From contig OZ244718.1 of NCBI GenBank assembly GCA_965218945.1, positions 3,005,700-3,069,699 of the forward strand: DNA of 64,000 nucleotides, in the 5' to 3' direction. Of the stretch, positions 54,270 to 61,702 are shown piece by piece. The position numbers were made by a program, and so were the translations under genes. Under the pieces are notes generated by a model, which was not told where the DNA came from, did not search any database, and saw only the letters and a list, made by a program, of their open reading frames with translations. Each line of letters opens with the position of its first letter. Position 1 is the stretch's first letter. Source of the stretch: Dehalococcoidia bacterium (lineage in GTDB: Bacteria; Chloroflexota; Dehalococcoidia; Lucifugimonadales; UBA2985).

Positions 54270-55271
54270 ATGGCCAGCAAAGAACCTACCTACACCATTG
54301 ATGCCCAAGGTGTAGCCATAGAGCTACAACCCCGCGCAACAGAGGACATCCGAAAGCTCGTGGGCGGCCTTGTTGAGGCTGCCGATAGGATAGGTTGTCC
54401 GTACAAGCTGCACAGCGTCCTACTGACCAGTCAGTTTCAGGACGATGTGAACCGGCTACTTCGGGAGCGCTCAGGGCTTACGGGGTATGTAGCCGCCCGT
54501 AGTAATGCACATGCCATTGGCAAGACCCTGTGGACTCGTTCCCTCGATGGGGACATCGGTTTTTCGGTGGTCATCGACGCCACTCAGATTGGCTCTTGGA
54601 GCCTCAACAATGCCCGGTGTTTGACCACGGTCTTGCATGAACTAACTCATGTTCTCTACGAGACGCGCCATCTCAAGAGACTGGGCGAGACGGAGTACAC
54701 GGCGGTCGGTGACACGAGGGAACGGCTATTGGACCGTTCGGCTTCGTTGCTCATTGACGAATTTGATGTGGACCGCACAGTTGATGCTTTGGTGAAAGGC
54801 TTAGCGAAAAAGGACGACGGCAGTGCGTGGTCGCTCCGAGAATTGGAGGAGGCTCAGAATGTGGACTGGCCCCGATCATTAGTCAATGGACTTTCAGGAA
54901 TGCCTCAAGTAGTAGATGAAAAGGTCTGGCGATTCCGCACTCGGAGGATGGGCATCGACGACCTTGTTGCTCAATTGATCCCCTTTGTCAACGATCTCCT
55001 AACCCTTCTCAGCCATACAGCCGCCATATACTTGGCAACCGAGGGGTGGCCCGAAATTCTCGGTCGCATTAGGCAGACCGCGGCATATCGGCGCTTTCTC
55101 AGTGAGCACCTAGACACTATTCTCAGCCAACTCGATAGTACGCAGGTGCTATTCCCGACCGCTGTTGAGACGGTGGCCAGTAGCATAGAGGGCATATTCC
55201 GCAATTGCGGTCTGAGTCTTCAGACGGTGGATGAAGGGGTATACATCGGCGTTCAGGCACCGGCGCAGTAG
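54270..55271 (+). CDS. hypothetical protein with HExxH motif (putative zinc metallopeptidase-like)
   Basis: 333 aa. Single HExxH (TTVLHELTHVLYE). No other family recognised. Confidence 0.45.
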   Translation: MASKEPTYTIDAQGVAIELQPRATEDIRKLVGGLVEAADRIGCPYKLHSVLLTSQFQDDVNRLLRERSGLTGYVAARSNAHAIGKTLWTRSLDGDIGFSVVIDATQIGSWSLNNARCLTTVLHELTHVLYETRHLKRLGETEYTAVGDTRERLLDRSASLLIDEFDVDRTVDALVKGLAKKDDGSAWSLRELEEAQNVDWPRSLVNGLSGMPQVVDEKVWRFRTRRMGIDDLVAQLIPFVNDLLTLLSHTAAIYLATEGWPEILGRIRQTAAYRRFLSEHLDTILSQLDSTQVLFPTAVETVASSIEGIFRNCGLSLQTVDEGVYIGVQAPAQ

Positions 55272-55694
55272 CTTCGTCTCTCTATTGCTTTCGTGGCAGG
55301 CTGTCCCAATTCCAAGTATGGCCACGACAAGGGTACCACTCGCTCACCCCACGAGTTTTTCGATACAGGGTGTGACACCTCGAACGCCCTGTCAAAAGCA
55401 AGCCTTGTCGGGGGACAAGCCTAGGTCCAGCCACAGGCCTCCCTTACGCGCCACCGATGAATCGAAGATCAGCGCTGACCTGATATGGTCACCCTGCGCT
55501 CTGCCGTTCCGAAGCACCTCGACTGGTTCTAATCAAGGCTTTCCCCTCGCTCCTACCACAAAACCGCACCCAAAACAAGGGCTTGCAATGCCTTACCTTC
55601 GACGAATTTCCCGTTTAAAATGGGATGTTGGGCTATTGCTGGCAGGAGCAGTCGATTGATCGTCGCGGAGCCAAGAACACAACCATTGAACGGC

Positions 55695-57671
55695 ATGACA
55701 CAGGCCGGACCGGGCCTCGAGATGGCGGTCCGGGACTACGTGCGCGCCTACGCGTGGCTGCATGGACGGAGGAAGACAGCCGAGGACCTCGGCGTGTCCC
55801 GCCACACCTTGTGGCGATTCCTCGAACGGGGCCACGCAGGGCGAGCCGTGCCCTCCGCCGTCCTGAGCTCCGTCGGCGGGAGCGTGCGGGCGATTGAAGC
55901 GGCCACGTACGAGGTCATCATCGACCTGGAGGGCCTGCGGCCGGACCCTGCCCTGCGTTCCCTACGCCAGGGTCTTGAGGAGGCGCTCCTGCTGCTGTGC
56001 GCCACGCCCCTGGCCACCGTGGACGAGTTGTCCCGCTTCGGGCGACTTCCAACCTCCACGCTCCGCGACCGGTTGAAGAAGCTGACCGAGCGGGGCCTCG
56101 TGGACTCCGTGGCGCACCATCTGGGCGTCCTGGGGGCTCGCCCGCAGCGCCGGTACTTCCCCACCGAGAAAGGCGTCACCGTAGCTGGCGCAGCCACGAA
56201 GGGCCGAGCGCACATGCTGCAATCCTACCCGGTGTCCAAGCAGTGGTTCCGGCTGCTGGCCGAGCGGCTGGACGCCGTGGCCGTGCTCCACCGCGTCGCC
56301 GCCATGACCGCCGACGCAGACCCGCACAACGATCCCGTGCGCGTGGACCACCATCGCAACGGCCCCTACGACATGCTGCTCACCCTCTCCGGGGGGCGCA
56401 CCATTGGCCTGATTCGCCAGGGACCGGCGCTGCCCACCTCCAGACTCCGCTACCGCCTCAGGAGCATCGAGCGGCTGGACAGCAGCGACAGCCCCTTCGT
56501 CACCCTGGTGCTGACCCATGCAGACCAGGCCACCCGCAGGGCCATCCGCTCCCTGGGCGACCCGTCGGAGCATCGGAGGACGTTCGTTGCGACGGAAGGG
56601 GAGCTTCTTGCCGGAGACCACACGGGAGTCGTCTGGCAGCAGTGCGGGAGCGGTCTGGGCGAGGCCGTGCGCATCGACGCCGACGCATCCCTGGTGGGTA
56701 TCCTGGCCTTGGCGGAGCGCCTGCTGGACTCCTCCTACTCCTTCCTGGGCAAAAGCCCGAAGCCAAATCCCAGCGACCTCTATCCCTCCGGCGTGCAGGC
56801 CGCCATGCCGGAACCCACTGAGCAGCTCACATCAACCCTCCCTGTGCAGCTGACCCGCGCCGAGAAGGACGCCCTCGACCTGCTGGCCGCCTGGCCCCTG
56901 TGCACCCGTGAGCAGCTGGCGGGACTGATGGGCGGCGTCACCCTGCGCCGGGTGAACCAGGTGCTTCGTTCTCTGACCCAGCACGGCCTAGTGCGAGCGG
57001 ACGAGCCTCTGCACATGCTCACCGATGAGGGGCTGACTTACCTTGCCCGCAGGGACCGGGCCGCCGTGGGGCTGACCCTCGACCGGTGGAGCGCCGAGCC
57101 TCTCTACCTGAACGCCGACATCTACGCCGGGACCGCCGTGCGAGCCCTGGCCTCTCAGATGCGCCACCACGCCGGCGTCATCGACTTCGCCGCCGCCCTG
57201 TCGACCGAGGTCGCCCGCTCCCCGGACCACGACCTGTTCGACCTGCTGCCCACGTCCCGTTCCAGCATCGGCTACCGCTACGACTGGACTACCTACGTCA
57301 TCCATCCCGACGCCTCCTTCACCCTGGAATACAAAGGCCGTTGGCGTCCCTACCTGCTGGAGTTCGAGAGACGGGCCACGACACCGAAGCGCGCCCGTGT
57401 CCGCCTGAAGTCCTATCGACGCTACTTCCAGAGCGGCTGGGCTGAGCGAGACCACGAGGGACGCCTGCCCCGGGTGCTCTTCGTCTTCGAGTCCCCGGAC
57501 AACGAGAATACCTTCCTGGATGTCGCCGACACGGTGGAGGGAGTCCCCATCATCACGTCCAACACAAAGACCCTTGCGAAACGGGGCATCCTGGGCGACG
57601 CATGGATACTTCCGCCCCCGCATTCCCTCGACAGGAGGCCGTTATCCCTGTTGCATCAGGTGCAACAATGA
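55695..57671 (+). CDS. replication-relaxation family protein with two MarR-like wHTH segments
   Basis: wHTH-like LSRFGRLPTSTLRDRLKKLTERGLV and TREQLAGLMGGVTLRRVNQVLRSLTQHGLV. C-terminal IHPDASF...YLLEFERRATT, typical of Replic_Relax proteins. Confidence 0.6.
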   Translation: MTQAGPGLEMAVRDYVRAYAWLHGRRKTAEDLGVSRHTLWRFLERGHAGRAVPSAVLSSVGGSVRAIEAATYEVIIDLEGLRPDPALRSLRQGLEEALLLLCATPLATVDELSRFGRLPTSTLRDRLKKLTERGLVDSVAHHLGVLGARPQRRYFPTEKGVTVAGAATKGRAHMLQSYPVSKQWFRLLAERLDAVAVLHRVAAMTADADPHNDPVRVDHHRNGPYDMLLTLSGGRTIGLIRQGPALPTSRLRYRLRSIERLDSSDSPFVTLVLTHADQATRRAIRSLGDPSEHRRTFVATEGELLAGDHTGVVWQQCGSGLGEAVRIDADASLVGILALAERLLDSSYSFLGKSPKPNPSDLYPSGVQAAMPEPTEQLTSTLPVQLTRAEKDALDLLAAWPLCTREQLAGLMGGVTLRRVNQVLRSLTQHGLVRADEPLHMLTDEGLTYLARRDRAAVGLTLDRWSAEPLYLNADIYAGTAVRALASQMRHHAGVIDFAAALSTEVARSPDHDLFDLLPTSRSSIGYRYDWTTYVIHPDASFTLEYKGRWRPYLLEFERRATTPKRARVRLKSYRRYFQSGWAERDHEGRLPRVLFVFESPDNENTFLDVADTVEGVPIITSNTKTLAKRGILGDAWILPPPHSLDRRPLSLLHQVQQ

Positions 57672-58058
57672 CCGCCCCAGCCGTTCCGACCACTTCCTGT
57701 AGGGGGTGTCCCAGCATGGCTGCTGGGACCATTGTCCTCCCACTTGCAACCGCTCTTGCACCTTCCGCCCTCCCGATTACAAATTGGTGCAGAATTGACA
57801 CGTCAGGGGAGGCCCCGTCCACCACACATTCCTACCGCCTCTCAGCTTTGGCTCGTAGCTACATCCGCCTCACCAACGACCCAACGAACATCTCCTCGAG
57901 GGTCACAGAAGCATGTTGCATTACCGGCGCCAGTCCGTTCCTACGACTTCCTATAGGGGGACAGAGGGGCATTCCTCTACTTACGGTGTTAGCCCCCAAC
58001 AGGTCGAAACGTGACAATTGTTGCAGCGCCCGGCGGGGGGTTGAAGATCGGTTGCCGG

Positions 58059-58088
58059 TTGGCATATAGTAAGACACTGTGCTATAAT
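58059..58088 (+). promoter_or_regulatory. sigma70-type promoter (extended -10) for the RHH gene
   Basis: TTGGCA, an 18-nt spacer, then TGCTATAAT (TGn-extended -10, TATAAT at 58083-58088). Confidence 0.6.
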
Positions 58089-58107
58089 AGCTATGAAGAG
58101 AGAGGCC

Positions 58108-58341
58108 ATGTCCCCAAAGTTATCTAGGAACACCGAGACGATCACCTTCTCCTTGCCGCCGGAATTGGCCCAACATCTGCGGCAGGTGGTCAAGGAGGAG
58201 GAGCGCACGGTGAGCGAGCTGCTCCGGGAGGCGATCCGCCTGTACATGGATGAGAGGGAGTGGCGCAGACGGGAGCGGCTGGAACGGCTGCGCTCCCGCA
58301 CGACTACCGACCAGGAAGAGACAGGGAGGAGGGACCGATGA
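58108..58341 (+). CDS. ribbon-helix-helix (CopG/Arc-like) protein
   Basis: TITFSLPPELAQHLRQVVKEEERTVSELLREAIRLYM gives a beta-strand plus two helices. ATG at 58108 behind a GAGAGAGG RBS. The stop overlaps a relic recombinase ATG (ATGA). Confidence 0.7.
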   Translation: MSPKLSRNTETITFSLPPELAQHLRQVVKEEERTVSELLREAIRLYMDEREWRRRERLERLRSRTTTDQEETGRRDR

Positions 58342-58382
58342 ACGACCGACTCGAATCTAATGCCGACAGTCCTCTACGCCAG
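58338..58382 (+). pseudogene. relic 5' end of a serine recombinase gene (first ~15 codons only)
   Basis: ATGAACGACCGACTCGAATCTAATGCCGACAGTCCTCTACGCCAG aligns with the first 44 nt of the intact recombinase at 59843. Homology stops just before the codons for the catalytic VSS. Confidence 0.6.
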
Positions 58383-58518
58383 ATAGCCTTTAGGTCAGGC
58401 CCAGCGAAGGGAATCGAATTGGACACCGGGATCCAACCTACCGTTTCATTCGCCTTGTCCCCCGTGGCTGGATTGGTCTGGCGAGATCGGCTACAACAAA
58501 GCCGGAGGCCATAGTGAG

Positions 58519-59550
58519 ATGAATGATGCGTTTCTATTAGGAGCAGGCTTTTCTAAAGCAATCTGCAAAACGATGCCGACAATGACAGAATTGTATGCGC
58601 TCTTAGAACCGCTCATCGACGTCGCAGACGGTTTCAGCAGAGATGCCTACGAATACGCATCTGGTAATGTTGAGACTTTACTCTCCTACTACGCGATTCC
58701 AAGCCCGCATGACGACCCGGTCGAGTGCTTGCGAAAGAGGCGAGTAACCACTCTGTTGGAGATTGGGATAGGCGCGCTACTACAAGCTCGCGAACAGGAG
58801 GGAGCCGGATTGGGACTAAATCCAGCTGGAGCCCAGTTGATCCTGAAATGGCACGAGCGAAGAAGCCACGTCTTGACAACGAACTATGACACCCTGGTAG
58901 AGAGAATCGCTTCTGAGACGGTTTTCACAACAAGTGGGGGAAACAGCTACCCCCTCCGTTACGAAGATCTATATCCGATACCCATTAGCCCCGCCTTAAC
59001 CCGAGACGGAGGTATGGTGTTGGGTTCTTCTTATCCGGACACTTTCACTCTTTATAAACTTCACGGTTCAACTGCTTGGTTTAAGTCGCCCACCGAATCA
59101 ATTTTCGACCCGATCTACGGACTATCGCATGAGCAGTTGGGAAATCCTCGTTACCAGAAGTTCATTGCTGACAAGGGCCGCTTCATAGTCCCACCGGTGT
59201 ACGACAAGTCATCGTTGCTGAACCATGAGAGCATCCGCAACCTGTGGCTGCAGGCCAAGAATCAGGCTCTGCAAAAAGCGGACAACCTGTACATAATCGG
59301 CTATTCGCTTCCAGAAACAGACGCAGCTATGCAAATCCTTTTGTGGGAAGGAACACGAACTGGCCAGAATACAAATGGTAGCAAGAAGGCTCTTTACGTC
59401 GTTGATTTGGATGAAGGCGTTGGTCAGCATTACATAGAAAAGCTGGGCAAATACTATGACGTGAACGTTTGTTACGCAGGCAGCCAAAATGCGTTTGATG
59501 ATTTTGTTGGGGAATACGTAAATAAGGGGGGAGATGATCAGGTAAGGTAG
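58519..59550 (+). CDS. SIR2-like (SIR2_2 family) protein
   Basis: N-terminal FLLGAGFS, LTTNYDTLVE and YKLHGS motifs. AT-richer than its surroundings. No partner gene such as TIR or HerA is adjacent. Confidence 0.75.
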   Translation: MNDAFLLGAGFSKAICKTMPTMTELYALLEPLIDVADGFSRDAYEYASGNVETLLSYYAIPSPHDDPVECLRKRRVTTLLEIGIGALLQAREQEGAGLGLNPAGAQLILKWHERRSHVLTTNYDTLVERIASETVFTTSGGNSYPLRYEDLYPIPISPALTRDGGMVLGSSYPDTFTLYKLHGSTAWFKSPTESIFDPIYGLSHEQLGNPRYQKFIADKGRFIVPPVYDKSSLLNHESIRNLWLQAKNQALQKADNLYIIGYSLPETDAAMQILLWEGTRTGQNTNGSKKALYVVDLDEGVGQHYIEKLGKYYDVNVCYAGSQNAFDDFVGEYVNKGGDDQVR

Positions 59551-59669
59551 GCGTTTCCCTACTGATCATTCCGAGGCGTCCCGCGATGATTTCTAGCGGA
59601 TAGGACTTATGCAGCTGGCTATGGGATTTCAATCGATAGAGATGTGTGGCCACCACCGGACGGATATAG

Positions 59670-59843
59670 TCGCTCAGGACATTAACCTTGGCCAACTCCG
59701 ATTTCAACACCGCCCTCAAGTTGCTCCAAGCCCGGGCCATCCGCCTGTTTATGGAGGAACGGGAGTGGCGCAGACGGGAGCGGCTGGAACGGCTGCGCTC
59801 CCGCCCGACTACTGACCAGGATGACACAGGGAGGAGAGACTGA
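59670..59843 (+). pseudogene. N-terminally truncated RHH gene paralogue
   Basis: In-frame translation ...TALKLLQARAIRLFMEEREWRRRERLERLRSRPTTDQDDTGRRD* parallels the C-terminal half of the 58108 RHH protein. It has no start codon or beta-strand region. Confidence 0.55.
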
Positions 59844-61474
59844 TGAATGACCGACTCGATCTGATACCGGCGGCCCTCTACGCCAGGGTTTCCAGCGACC
59901 GCCAGGACGTGGACCTGTCCGTGGCCGCCCAGCTGCGGGCGCTCAGGGACTACGCAGAGAAGAACGGCTACCACGTCGCCCGCGAGTACGTGGACGAGGC
60001 CGAGAGCGGGCGCATCGCCGACCGGCCCCAGTTCCAGAAGATGCTGGACGAGGCCGCTAAGCCCGAGGCTCCCTTCAAGGAGATCTTGGTCTGGAAGTTC
60101 AGCCGCTTCACCAGGAAGCGGGAGCACGCCGTCGCCTTCAAGTCCATGCTCCGCAGGCGGGGCATTCGCGTGGTCTCCATCACCGAGCATGCCGACGATT
60201 CCCCCACCGGCAAGCTCATGGAGGCCATCATCGAGTCGGTGGACGAATTCTACAGCGAGAATCTGGCGCAGGAAGTTGTCAGGGGGATGCGTGAGTCTGC
60301 TTCTCGGGGCTTCTGGGTCGCCAGCAGGGTTCCCTACGGCTTCAGCAAGGTCATGGTACAGGACGGGGCCAAGAAGCGCCCCAGCCTCGAACCCGATCCT
60401 GCCACCGCGCCCGTTGTGGAGCGCATCTTCGGGATGGCCGAGGCGGGCAGGGGAATCCTGAACATCACCCGCACCCTCAACGACGAGGGCATCGCCAACC
60501 CCACCGGCAGGCTCTGGTCCAAGAACGGCATCCACATCATCCTCAAGAACGAGGCTTACACCGGAACATTGGTCTGGGGCGTCGACGCCAAGGACAAGGC
60601 AGACCCGGTGCGGGTGGAGAAGGCATTCCCCGCCATCGTCTCCAAGGCAAAGTTCCGCCGGGTGAACCGGAAGCTGCGCTCCCGCGCTCCAAAGCGGAGC
60701 CACCCCCGCCGGGTCGGGAGCTCCTACCTCCTCAGCGGCTTGATCAAGTGCAAAGTGTGCAACCGGGCGCTCTCCGGCCAGGACGCCAAGAGTGGCAGGT
60801 TCTCCTACTACGTCTGCCAGTCGGTGTTGAAGCGTGGCAGCGGGGCCTGCGACGCCCCCAGACTCAACGCCCGGCGCTTCGAGAAGTTGGTGGTCGGCAA
60901 GATTCGGGAGAACGTGCTCACCGAGTCCAACATCCAGGAGTTGGTGAAGCTGGTGGACGAGGAGATGGACGGGGTGGCCAAGGAGCAGAGGCAGAAGCTG
61001 GAGACCATTGAGGCGGAGTTGGTGGACGTGAAGCGCAAGTTGGGACGGCTCTACGACCTGGCGGAGACCACCGACCTGGACGTCGACGACTTCAAGCCCA
61101 GGATACGCGAGCACCGGGAGCGGCAGGAGAAACTGGAGGCTACGGCGGAGGAGGCGAGGGCGATGCTCTCCCAGCGCAGAGAGGTCCTGGACGACGTGGA
61201 GACCATCACGGCCTACGCCCTAGACATGAGCATGTTCCTGAACGAGAGCGAGTTGACGGAGCGCAGGGCCTTCATCGAGAGCTTCGTGAAGGAGATCGTC
61301 GTCATGCCCGACAACGCCGTGGTGCGCTACACGATTCCGATGCCCGACGACAGCCCCATACCCGGGAGAGACGTCGAGGAGATGGCGCTGAACGGCTCGG
61401 TTCTGTCTACCGTCAAGTTTGGTGGGCCAAAGCATACCGAACTGCGAACTTTTCGGTGGGTCGTGTCAATATAG
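59843..61474 (+). CDS. large serine recombinase
   Basis: Catalytic ALYARVSSDRQ, a resolvase N-domain, a recombinase domain, a zinc-ribbon (CKVCNRALSG ... YYVCQ ... GACD) and a coiled-coil region. Confidence 0.9.
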   Translation: MNDRLDLIPAALYARVSSDRQDVDLSVAAQLRALRDYAEKNGYHVAREYVDEAESGRIADRPQFQKMLDEAAKPEAPFKEILVWKFSRFTRKREHAVAFKSMLRRRGIRVVSITEHADDSPTGKLMEAIIESVDEFYSENLAQEVVRGMRESASRGFWVASRVPYGFSKVMVQDGAKKRPSLEPDPATAPVVERIFGMAEAGRGILNITRTLNDEGIANPTGRLWSKNGIHIILKNEAYTGTLVWGVDAKDKADPVRVEKAFPAIVSKAKFRRVNRKLRSRAPKRSHPRRVGSSYLLSGLIKCKVCNRALSGQDAKSGRFSYYVCQSVLKRGSGACDAPRLNARRFEKLVVGKIRENVLTESNIQELVKLVDEEMDGVAKEQRQKLETIEAELVDVKRKLGRLYDLAETTDLDVDDFKPRIREHRERQEKLEATAEEARAMLSQRREVLDDVETITAYALDMSMFLNESELTERRAFIESFVKEIVVMPDNAVVRYTIPMPDDSPIPGRDVEEMALNGSVLSTVKFGGPKHTELRTFRWVVSI

Positions 61475-61506
61475 ACGGAGCTCTTAAGAATCGTGAGAGA
61501 TTCTTC

Positions 61507-61590
61507 ACGGTTCGAATCTAGTCGGGTGCGCCAAGGCTGACTGAATGCAGTACCGTGTTTGAGCTTAGTGTGGATATCGGCCTTGAGAGT
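61507..61590 (+). repeat. island-boundary repeat copy 3 (contains a degenerate tRNA 3'-end-like GGTTCGAATC...GCGCCA)
   Basis: ACGGTTCGAATCTAGTCGGGTGCGCCAAGGCTGACTGAATGCAGTACCGTGTTTGAGCTTAGTGTGGATATCGGCCTTGAGAG aligns with copy 1 along its whole length. It lies in a convergent gap (recombinase / SNF2 helicase). Confidence 0.5.
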
Positions 61591-61702
61591 GGGTTGCGGT
61601 CGGGCGATCAGACACGCTAATGCCAATTCGCTGACGACCTACACGCCGTGACAGTAGATCAGGGGAGCCTGCTTTTCTAAGTCCGGTGATTCTGAAATAG
61701 TT

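Noticed and set aside
55231-55659. 142-aa ORF and hairpins in the 350-bp spacer between the HExxH gene and the replication-relaxation gene
   Set aside because: The ORF overlaps the end of the upstream gene and has a low-complexity translation. The hairpins (ACAGGG...CCCTGT and GCCTTGTC-GGG-GACAAGCC) lack U-tracts, so no terminator or RNA gene can be supported.
59327-61114. 595-aa minus-strand ORF, one of the longest in the track
   Set aside because: It is entirely antisense to the well-supported serine recombinase gene. Its composition is low-complexity (G/A/P/L/H/V-rich) with no motifs. This is a typical GC-rich antisense artefact.
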